The notes under the pieces: model-generated
What the model saw: the letters and a program-made list of their open reading frames with translations, nothing else
What the model was told of the DNA's origin: nothing
Database searches by the model: none
Shown here: positions 39,009 to 46,862 of the stretch, piece by piece
How positions within the stretch are numbered: the first letter of the stretch is position 1
Layout: every line of letters begins with the position of its first letter
Made by a program: the position numbers and the translations under genes
Assembly: GCA_965215885.1 (NCBI GenBank)
Contig: CBDCEW010000101.1
Location: forward strand, 32,001 to 96,000
DNA from: Candidatus Moanibacter sp.
GTDB lineage: Bacteria > Verrucomicrobiota > Verrucomicrobiia > Opitutales > UBA2987
Reading direction: 5' to 3'
Length of the DNA: 64,000 bases

Positions 39009-40754
39009 CTACCCCCTATCCCAGGGGAACAGCAGGGTGGGTGAGTTGGCGTAGCGTTTCATTTCAATCTTGAGACGGCTGCCGCAACCTGGCGCCAAAC
39101 GCACTTTGAAGGCCGAATTATCCACGGAAACGGTCTGATCGTCGATCGAAACCGTTTGAAACTGATGCTCGGCGTAGGCGCCTCCCTGGACGATAACGGT
39201 GCGTTCCTGGTGGGGGTTGATGTTGACGAGGCTAACCGTTGCCGCGTCGTCCGTCATTCCTTCGACGAGGGCGGCTACGTCGGGTGGGGTTCCGGCCCGC
39301 CCCTGGTCGGGATCGAAATAGCGCAATCGGCAATGGAGAGGGAATCCGACTCGGCCGGTCGGAAGGCCGCCCAACATCAGTTGAGTAAGCGTTTCAGTAG
39401 TAGCCGGATTAGTAGAATTCATTACGTCTGAGAGTCGGGTATCGGGCGTCGACATATCGTTTCGCATAGTTTCGACCTTGATTCGGACTCTTTCTAAATC
39501 TTCCTGCAGCGCCTCCACCGGGTATTGCGAATTCTCGCCGTGCAGATAGCTTATCCACTGGTCCGAAGCGACCCGCTTCAGGTCGTCGGTATTCATCGAC
39601 CAGTAGTAGACCTCGAGGGCGCCATCATCAAACGGCTGTGTCGTGTAGTCGTACCAACCGTCATCGCCATGCATGTGGGGGTAATGCGTTTGCCCGTCAA
39701 TTTCGCGGGCGTTTTCATTCACCCTGTCGATGATTCCCCGCCAGGTGTCGACGTAACGCTGTTTTCCGGTCTGCAGCAGGGCATTACCGAATCCATAGGG
39801 AGCCCTCCAGAGAAACGATGGCCGGTGGGCGAGTTCGCCGGTTTGCGGCACCTCGACCGAGAAACCCCAGCCGTAGACGCCGCCGTACCATTTACCGTCA
39901 CAAGCCCCGCCGATGGCGCCGTCGAGACCGATATTGGTCGGAATGATTCCGCCGTTTGCTTCCGTGCGTTCAACCCACGCGTCGACATAATCGATGAGCC
40001 AGTTCCGGTACTTTGCCTCTCCGGAGAACATGTATGCGTTCAGGGCGAGCGTTGTCGTACAGAGGTTCAGGGGATGGTCGCCGACGACGTCGTTGTAATC
40101 CTTGAAGTGCGCCACCATTTCCTCGTAGCTGCGCTCGCCGTGAAGGAGCCCGAACCGCTCGACATCGATCGGATCGCCGGCCCAGTCAAGCCCGGTGGCT
40201 TTGCGCATGAGGGGACCGCGGCTTCCGTTGAACATGCTGCGAATCACCCTGTGCTCGGGGTCATAGTTTTCCGCGAGCGGATCTTCGTTCATGTAGAATC
40301 CGCAGTACCTCCGTGTGCGCTGCTGAAACAGTCGATCGTAAGGGTCCGAGAGTCCCTGCAGAAAAAAGGCCGAGAGCCCTTCACTGTGATGCATCCAATC
40401 AAACATGACCGGAAACTCCCGAAAGTACATACCGTCGCGGGCGAACGGCACATCCACCGTTTTCGCTTCTGTGTACTGCTGCAGGTGCCCCTCCCAGCCC
40501 CGCTTGTAGAGATCCAGGATGATGTCGGGGGCGCCCAGGGCGTGCAGGACCGTCCAGTTGAGCAAATTTTCGGCCGCGTCGTCCGGACCGTCGTCGCCTC
40601 CCCATCGCGGAACGCATTCCAGGTAGCCGCGTTCATCAAAATAGTGCGCGTAAAACTCCTCGACCGCGGAACTCTGTGTGCACAAAAGTTCGCGTTCGAG
40701 CAGGGCCCAGTATGGAGGTGGAGTGGGTGTGTTGATTTCGAGAGTCGTATTCAT
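39009..40754 (-). CDS. Hypothetical protein (581 aa, aromatic-rich, possibly carbohydrate-active)
   Basis: Long ORF with a protein-like composition and RWGGDDGPDDAAEN / DWMHHSEG motifs. The family was not recognised with certainty. Confidence 0.8.
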   Translation of the reverse strand: MNTTLEINTPTPPPYWALLERELLCTQSSAVEEFYAHYFDERGYLECVPRWGGDDGPDDAAENLLNWTVLHALGAPDIILDLYKRGWEGHLQQYTEAKTVDVPFARDGMYFREFPVMFDWMHHSEGLSAFFLQGLSDPYDRLFQQRTRRYCGFYMNEDPLAENYDPEHRVIRSMFNGSRGPLMRKATGLDWAGDPIDVERFGLLHGERSYEEMVAHFKDYNDVVGDHPLNLCTTTLALNAYMFSGEAKYRNWLIDYVDAWVERTEANGGIIPTNIGLDGAIGGACDGKWYGGVYGWGFSVEVPQTGELAHRPSFLWRAPYGFGNALLQTGKQRYVDTWRGIIDRVNENAREIDGQTHYPHMHGDDGWYDYTTQPFDDGALEVYYWSMNTDDLKRVASDQWISYLHGENSQYPVEALQEDLERVRIKVETMRNDMSTPDTRLSDVMNSTNPATTETLTQLMLGGLPTGRVGFPLHCRLRYFDPDQGRAGTPPDVAALVEGMTDDAATVSLVNINPHQERTVIVQGGAYAEHQFQTVSIDDQTVSVDNSAFKVRLAPGCGSRLKIEMKRYANSPTLLFPWDRG

Positions 40755-40872
40755 ATTAAAAGGAAATAACGATCAAATCGTCAATGGCTTACATCATATC
40801 TAGACCACCAGCCATCAAGTAAAAAACATCCGATGTACGTTTGTAAGTTGGCAAAAGATGCTATGCCGTCAC

Positions 40873-40909
40873 TTGACCGACACCACAATATGTGTCATAT
40901 TTTGACACA
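40873..40909 (+). promoter_or_regulatory. vapBC promoter/operator, probably giving a leaderless transcript
   Basis: TTGACC at 40873-40878. Palindrome TGTGTCA-N5-TGACACA at 40891-40909 overlaps the start codon. Confidence 0.55.
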
Positions 40910-41109
40910 TGGCAACAAATCTAAAAATCGACGATAAACTTTTGGAAGAAGCACTGCGCCTTGGTCAGTTTAGGACGAAGAAGGAAGCAGTAAATCAGGC
41001 ATTGACCGAATTCGTACAACATCGCAAGCAACTTGAGATTCTTGACTGGGAGGGCAAAGTGGAATTTTTCAATGACTACGACCACAAGAAATTGAGGAAT
41101 CTGCGATGA
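40909..41109 (+). CDS. VapB-like antitoxin (DUF2191 type)
   Basis: MATNLKIDDKLLEEA...TKKEAVNQALTEF. Confidence 0.88.
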   Translation: MATNLKIDDKLLEEALRLGQFRTKKEAVNQALTEFVQHRKQLEILDWEGKVEFFNDYDHKKLRNLR

Positions 41110-41507
41110 GGATCGTTGCTGATACCTCCGTATGGTCACTGTTTCTGAGAAGAAAAAAAGAGCAAGAATCAAAGGAAGTCGATCTCCTCAGGCAAGCTAT
41201 TGTTGAGCGAAGGGTGCAAATGCTTGGCATTATTCGTCAAGAGCTCCTCTCAGGCATAAAAGGTAAAAGACAGTTCGCTAGCATTTCAGAGATATTGGAT
41301 GGATTCCCAGACTTACTTGCAGCTACGGCTGATCATACTCTAGCAGCAGAGTTTTTTAACAAGTGCAGATCTAAAGGAGTTCAAGGATCACCAATAGATT
41401 TTTTGATCTGTGCACAGGCCTACAGAAATGGATTGAGCATTCTATCTACAGATAAAGATTACTCTAACTATTCGAATCACCTTCCGATTGAACTCTCAAT
41501 TCTATAA
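41106..41507 (+). CDS. VapC PIN domain toxin
   Basis: VADTSVWS, IRQELLSG, IDFLICA and STDKDY. Confidence 0.9.
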   Translation: MRIVADTSVWSLFLRRKKEQESKEVDLLRQAIVERRVQMLGIIRQELLSGIKGKRQFASISEILDGFPDLLAATADHTLAAEFFNKCRSKGVQGSPIDFLICAQAYRNGLSILSTDKDYSNYSNHLPIELSIL

Positions 41508-41588
41508 TGCCAATGCGAGGGAAGCGGCGCCTGAAGGGGTGCTTCCTCTTTAGCGTTCTACGATTCAAAAGATATTCAGGATTCGCTA

Positions 41589-42017
41589 ATGAATCGACAG
41601 CAACTTACGACGAAGCTCAGTACTGTGACCACCGAACTCCTCCGCGATAAAGGGTACATCAGCTTCGTGGAAGTTTTCATGAAGCTTGGTTACCTCGATC
41701 AAGCGGATTATGAAGACTGGAGGCGGAGGCGCATCTCTCACCTCGAGAGGGTGATCAAGGTCAACCTGAGCAAGATCAATTTCATTATGCGCGCCGTCCG
41801 GAAGAATTCCCTCAACGGAGGACTTAGACCGAGTTGGACGGGATACAAGTCATGGGGCAAAGGCAGAAAGACGCTTCTACGGTTTTCGAAGTCAGGACAG
41901 GAGACGATCGAGAAGACATATGCCACGCATTTCGTTGGCGGGAAAAGGAAGACCGAAGAAGCAAGGTGTTCACGCAACGCCCGCTTACGCCATCGGATGC
42001 GAAACAGGACGTTCTGA
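41589..42017 (+). CDS. Basic hypothetical protein
   Basis: 142-aa ORF with KGYISFVEVF...YEDWRR...LERVI...LRFSKSG...YATHF. Function unknown. Confidence 0.7.
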   Translation: MNRQQLTTKLSTVTTELLRDKGYISFVEVFMKLGYLDQADYEDWRRRRISHLERVIKVNLSKINFIMRAVRKNSLNGGLRPSWTGYKSWGKGRKTLLRFSKSGQETIEKTYATHFVGGKRKTEEARCSRNARLRHRMRNRTF

Positions 42018-42270
42018 GAAGGAAAATCTGATAAGTATTGATACCGGGAAGGAGAATCGAATGCCATGAGTTTCTTGTTTTCTGGGGTCCAAATTTGGAC
42101 AAGAGTAGAACAGATCAGGATTATGAATAAGGAAAGCAGGAAGGCAGGAAACTATAGGAAGATGTGCCCTTCTCATTTCCTTTTTGAAATAGTTGAACAG
42201 AATGCTAAGAACGATGCGAGGGGGTTACGGCCAAAGCCGCACCTAAACTAGAACGTTTTGAAAGGAAAAT

Positions 42271-42588
42271 ATGATGATTAGAAAAGCATTCATGATGGAA
42301 GTGAACCTCGAAAAGCACGAGGAGTACCGTGAGAGACACAATCCGATCTGGCCGGAACTCGAGGCGACCCTCAAAGAGCATGGTGTGCACAACTACTCGA
42401 TCTACCTTCATCCGGAGACAAGCCAGCTCTTTGCATATGTCGAAATTGAGGATGAAGCGCGCTGGCAGAGCATCGCGGAGACCGACGTCTGTAAGAGATG
42501 GTGGGCTTACATGCGCGACGTTATGCCCTCCAACCCCGACAGTAGCCCCTGTTCCGTAGACCTGCGAGAAGTCTTCCATTTCGACTGA
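42271..42588 (+). CDS. rhaM: L-rhamnose mutarotase
   Basis: RKAFMM...[13 protein letters not shown]...HNYSIYL...[17 protein letters not shown]...LREVFH. Confidence 0.93.
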   Translation: MMIRKAFMMEVNLEKHEEYRERHNPIWPELEATLKEHGVHNYSIYLHPETSQLFAYVEIEDEARWQSIAETDVCKRWWAYMRDVMPSNPDSSPCSVDLREVFHFD

Positions 42589-42924
42589 GAAACAGGCGAG
42601 ATTTTACAGGAGAAAACGGAGGGAGCAGAGAGTAAACTTTCCAGTGAATCTCGACAATCCACAAGGGGCGAATGGTGGGGATTCAGGTATGGTGCTATCA
42701 TTCCTGAAATCGAAGGCGGAGGCCGGGGGTATTGCTGCACACTTTCACCTGCAATCTCGGGTCAGATCTCTATTGCGATCATGTCCACTTCCCTGAGCAC
42801 GTCCGGGAGAAGCAGGCGGCGTTCATTGCCGGTTGGTTGAAGGGATTTAAGGAAGCCAATTGATGGATGTTGCTATGATTCAATTACGGGATTATTAGTA
42901 GCGAACTGCCGGGCCGCCCCGCTT

Positions 42925-43030
42925 TCATTGCGAGACCCGCGTAGCGTGCCGTGGCAATCCAGATCGGGGTGGAAATGTCCTCCTGCACTTCTGGATCGCC
43001 GCGCCTCCCTTCGGGCGGCTCGCGATGACA
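42925..43030. repeat. TCATTGCGAG...CTCGCGATGACA palindromic repeat
   Basis: Second copy of 21435-21542. Confidence 0.8.
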
Positions 43031-43054
43031 GTGTGCTACTATCGAAGTGCGGTA

Positions 43055-44362
43055 CTAATAGATACCACAGACTGCGCCGGCATCTTTCAGGATTTCGACG
43101 GTGGCGTTGTGGTTTGCTTGCATGGCGTAATCGAGGGGAGTGAGTCCGTCGTCGTCAACCGCGTTCAGATCGCCTGGCGCTAAAGCCATGACCCGGTTGA
43201 AGACCTCAGCATACTCCCCTTGGAATGGAGCCGCCGCCAGATGCAATATGGTTGCTCCATGTGTATTTCGCTTGGAAAGGGAAGCCCCTTTGTCGATAAG
43301 CCACTCCATCGTTTCGGCATGTCCTTCCAGAACGGCAAAATGAAAAGGCGTGCAGCCATCTTCTTTGAATTTTTGCGAATTCGATCGACCGCTGAAGTTA
43401 CCCTTAACATCGGTTGCCGCGACGCGATACGCGGCGATTTCCGCCGGTTCAGCGGAAGAGCTGGCCAGATCGATATCTACGCCTGCATCCAGGTTTCGTT
43501 GAATGAGCGGAATGCGGCTTTGAATCGCCGCCCAGTGGATGGCGTTATTGCCAAGAGTCGAGGTGGCTGAAAGATCGGCTCCCGCTTCCAGGAGAATGTC
43601 GAAAATCTCGATTCGTCCCCAGATTCCGGCCATGAGAAGCGGGGTCCATCGATAAAGACCCTTCTCGACAAAATACTCGTCCCAGACGAACCAGTGAGCC
43701 TTTCTAAGCGGGCGGTTTGGATCTTCGCCGCGATTCAAAAGATGGCCTACGACCTCAGGTCGATTCGTCAGGATCGGGTACTGGATGGGAAACACGTCGT
43801 GAACGGTCTGGTTGAGCGCTTGAGGATACTTATCCAGATAAGCATCAATCGCCGCGAGGTCACCGAGTCCGCAAGCAGACCAAAGGTCCATTTCCGCTCC
43901 GTTTTCCAGTAGCAGCTCAACGTTGGGCGTGAACTTCCTTGATCGGGAACGGAAGGTCGCCAGTTGAAGGACCGAGCGACCGAATTCATCCTTCGCTTCG
44001 ATCAGTTGTTCCCTTTCTTGAGGGTTGTTTTCGAATAGTTCGCGGACCGTTTCGACGCCACCTCCATTGATCGCCTGAACAAATCGTTCTGTGAGGCTCT
44101 TGGAGCCCGCCAACCCCTCCATGTGCCGCTTCAACTTCGTCCAGCTTTCAAAGCCGTATTCTTGAGCGACGACGAACTGGGCGTTCGAAAGGCTGAGAGG
44201 CCGGTTGTGGATGGCTTCGTCGCCGAGGGTTGCCAGCGAACGATCAGAATTTCTGATTCGTTTTGCGGCTTCGCTCGATCTCTGCGAGTGTTGGCGTCGA
44301 AGCGATTTCGCCTGTTTCCTGAAGTTCTCGAAACTGGCGTTTTCGGGTACTGATATAGTCAT
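43055..44362 (-). CDS. Ankyrin-repeat protein with an N-terminal RKQAK...AQEYGFESW domain
   Basis: Ankyrin motifs (TPLLMA, NAIHWAA, TPFHFA, TILHLAA, TPLDYA). N-terminal FENFRKQAKSL...AQFVVAQEYGFESWTKL. Confidence 0.9.
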   Translation of the reverse strand: MTISVPENASFENFRKQAKSLRRQHSQRSSEAAKRIRNSDRSLATLGDEAIHNRPLSLSNAQFVVAQEYGFESWTKLKRHMEGLAGSKSLTERFVQAINGGGVETVRELFENNPQEREQLIEAKDEFGRSVLQLATFRSRSRKFTPNVELLLENGAEMDLWSACGLGDLAAIDAYLDKYPQALNQTVHDVFPIQYPILTNRPEVVGHLLNRGEDPNRPLRKAHWFVWDEYFVEKGLYRWTPLLMAGIWGRIEIFDILLEAGADLSATSTLGNNAIHWAAIQSRIPLIQRNLDAGVDIDLASSSAEPAEIAAYRVAATDVKGNFSGRSNSQKFKEDGCTPFHFAVLEGHAETMEWLIDKGASLSKRNTHGATILHLAAAPFQGEYAEVFNRVMALAPGDLNAVDDDGLTPLDYAMQANHNATVEILKDAGAVCGIY

Positions 44363-44379
44363 GCAAACCTACTTTCAAT

Positions 44380-44485
44380 TAAGCGCCTGTTGTCTGCATA
44401 ACCGGCTGAAAGAAGGTGAATCAGTATATGTCAAAGACAGGCTTAGCCATTTCCGCAGACTGGAGGTTGTCTTCAGCAACCGTCA
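44380..44485 (-). ncRNA. Candidate cis-acting pseudoknot leader RNA of the ankyrin gene
   Basis: Crossing complementary pairs 44385-44390/44437-44442 and 44392-44397/44455-44460, an inner pair 44404-44407/44445-44448, and a 5' hairpin at 44465-44481. Confidence 0.4.
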
Positions 44486-44665
44486 TTAAAGTTTGCGAAT
44501 TTTCCGAATTGGTCAATGATTTTGAACTCCATGTTTGAGCGAGATCTCCTTAGGATATGATCAGTTGATACCGATCATTGAGGCCGAGAATGTAGCGTCT
44601 ATCCGAGTAACAGAATTCAACGAAGTATCGGGAGTCAGAAGAGACTAAATTGGCCGGACGATTGT

Positions 44666-44738
44666 CGAAACGCTCCCGCCCCGCTCAGCGGGCCTACGAG
44701 TCTCGGATATTTTCGTAGCGGAATGCGGAAGCATTTCG
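44666..44738. repeat. Degenerate GTAG-REP doublet with a CCCGCTCAGCGGG insertion in the left arm
   Basis: Right arm is identical to 21682-21705. Left arm reads CGAAACGCTCCCGC[CCCGCTCAGCGGG]CCTAC. Confidence 0.65.
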
Positions 44739-44834
44739 TTCTCCTGGAGGAAATACCGTAGACCATTAGAGTGAGCAGATCTCGGCTTGAAATGTTCGCT
44801 TGTCAGTCGGAACGAATAGGGATAAATTCTATCT

Positions 44835-45053
44835 ATGCGTGGAGAATTTACTGTATTGATTGAGGCAGCTGAGGAAGGTGGCTTCTGGGCCACTTGCCCG
44901 GAGGTACCCGGAGCCAATGGTCAAGGCGAAACGGTTGAGAAGACAAAAGCCAACCTTGCAGAGGCCATTCGCCTGGTGATGCGAGATCGCGTAGAGGATG
45001 CCACTCGTGGATTGCCTGATGGCGCGATCAAGGATATCGTTACCGTTGAATGA
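44835..45053 (+). CDS. hicB: HicB family antitoxin
   Basis: FTVLIEAAEEGGFWATCPEVPGANGQGET...NLAEAI. Confidence 0.88.
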   Translation: MRGEFTVLIEAAEEGGFWATCPEVPGANGQGETVEKTKANLAEAIRLVMRDRVEDATRGLPDGAIKDIVTVE

Positions 45054-45238
45054 AGCGGTTTAGGCTGCTAAAGCATCTCAGGCGTAGCGGATGTTACTTA
45101 AAGAGAGAGGGTTCTTCTCATTCGTTGTGGATCAATCCTGAAAATGGGGTGACAGAGGCCGTGCCTCGGCACACCGAGGTCAAAGAAGGTTTAGCTCGGA
45201 AGATCTGTCACAGGCTGCAGATTCCGGACCCGAACTAG
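45050..45238 (+). CDS. hicA: HicA family toxin
   Basis: LLKHLRRSGC...REGSSHSLW...VPRH...LARKIC. Confidence 0.88.
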   Translation: MKRFRLLKHLRRSGCYLKREGSSHSLWINPENGVTEAVPRHTEVKEGLARKICHRLQIPDPN

Positions 45239-45288
45239 AGCAGAATGGGAGGAAGTAATGACCAATGTGTATTAGGTAAAGGGTAGAA

Positions 45289-46299
45289 GTGACAGACCGA
45301 ATACGCATGATCGTCGTTGGAGCGGGCCGCGGGCGCGCTCACTTGAAGAGTTTTCTGGCTTTGCCGGAGGCATTTGAGGTCGCCGGTTTGGTAGACCTGG
45401 ATGAGGAGCGATTGGAGAATGCGCTTGGGGAACACGAGCTCTCGCCGGATTTCGGATATACCTCCTACGACGAAGCGCTTTCGGAATCCGGCTGCGATGG
45501 AGTGATGGTGGCGACCTGGGCGCGCTCCCACGCTCCCCTGATCGAACAGGCAATGGATGCCGGGAAGCATGTTTTGGTGGAAAAGCCGTTTACGATCGAG
45601 TTGGCGGATGCGTTCCGCCTGCTCGAGATGGCGGAGGCGAAGGGGTTGAAGATTGTCGTCATTCAGCAGTGGCGCTTTCTTCCCGGTCAACGCACGGTAC
45701 GCCGGCTCATGAGTTCACTCAAGTACGGACAGCCGCAGGAGGGGCACCTGCTCTGCTACAAGGCGCGTGGAGGGGAGTATCCGGATTCGCCGCACTCTCA
45801 ACTTTGGCAGATGACGGTGCACGAGATCGACTCTCTCATTTCGATGATGAATCAGCCGGTGGTCGAAGTTTACGGACATTCCTTTCGCCCGCCGGAAACG
45901 ACGTGGAAGCGCGAATCGACTGCGACCGCGGAATTGAGATTCCGTAACGGATGCCGGGTGGTGATGGTCTCGACCTCGGACGCCCGCGTCGGCTCCTGCG
46001 AGTTTCGGGTCGAGTGCGAGCGCGCGGCCCTGGTTTACCGGGTTACAGCTCCCTTCGGTGGAACGGAATCGATATACTTGGGCGAAAGTCGTGAATCCGG
46101 CCTGCAGCCGCTGGCCATCGACGAGGGGCCCAGGGAGTCGCCGTTTCTCGATCGCCGCATAGCGGCCGGGTTTGCGGACTGGGTGCAGGGCGGTCCCGAA
46201 CCAGAGACGAGCGGCCGCAATAATCTGCAGGTACTGGGCGTCCTAGACGCACTCATGCAATCGGGAGAGAGCGGGAAGGCGATCGAGGTAGAGGTCTAG
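45289..46299 (+). CDS. Gfo/Idh/MocA oxidoreductase
   Basis: VVGAG, AGKHVLVEKP and HEID motifs. Its stop codon TAG is part of the CTAG MITE target site. Confidence 0.9.
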   Translation: MTDRIRMIVVGAGRGRAHLKSFLALPEAFEVAGLVDLDEERLENALGEHELSPDFGYTSYDEALSESGCDGVMVATWARSHAPLIEQAMDAGKHVLVEKPFTIELADAFRLLEMAEAKGLKIVVIQQWRFLPGQRTVRRLMSSLKYGQPQEGHLLCYKARGGEYPDSPHSQLWQMTVHEIDSLISMMNQPVVEVYGHSFRPPETTWKRESTATAELRFRNGCRVVMVSTSDARVGSCEFRVECERAALVYRVTAPFGGTESIYLGESRESGLQPLAIDEGPRESPFLDRRIAAGFADWVQGGPEPETSGRNNLQVLGVLDALMQSGESGKAIEVEV

Positions 46300-46477
46300 C
46301 CCGAACCTTTCACAAACCATCTGCTGCGACCACGGATGTCACTGCGCCTCAAGGCCTTCTCTTGTCCGGCGACCTCAGAGAGTTCCAACACACTGTCGCC
46401 CGCCGGACTGCGAAAAGACCTTGATCCGCAGTCCCGGCACGCCGGGATCTCGCTACGATGTGTGTGAAATGTCCGGT
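46300..46477. mobile_element. Fold-back MITE copy 2 (178 bp), CTAG target duplication
   Basis: CTAG|CCCGAACCTTTCACA...TGTGAAATGTCCGGT|CTAG. Confidence 0.8.
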
Positions 46478-46862
46478 CTAGTGTCGTGACACTGTTCTTG
46501 GGGTTTCAGGTGTCACTGGGAAGGTTTCAGGGGGCAGTGTTCAGGAGCTTCACACTTAAGTCCCCAAACAGACACGTGAAACCAAGAACCTCGAACCATG
46601 TTCAGTTTTCAACATCCAACGCCCAACATCCAATGTCCAAGTGGGGACCTCCGGTAGGACACTTTGTCGTAAGCTTTGTCGCGAACTTTGTCGAATTCGA
46701 TTCAACCAATCTCCTGATTCTCGGAGCATTAGGTCCTTCGTCGTCATATACACTAACACCCGAAACCTGACACCATTAACCGGCCACAGGCAGCGAACCA
46801 CCAGGCACCGGCCTCAAGCTTTGCGCTCGCGAAGTGCCGACAGAGCAATATCAGTTTCTCTA

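Noticed and set aside
39525..40769. 414-aa + strand ORF
   Set aside because: Antisense to the 581-aa gene. Typical GC-rich codon-bias artefact.
41500..41570. Integron attC site after vapC
   Set aside because: A hairpin is present, but there are no convincing RYYYAAC/GTTRRRY boxes, no array and no integrase. It may simply be a terminator.
46641..46862. N-terminal extension of RapA in the ORF track
   Set aside because: It translates repeat DNA. The recognisable RapA sequence starts at ATG 46863.
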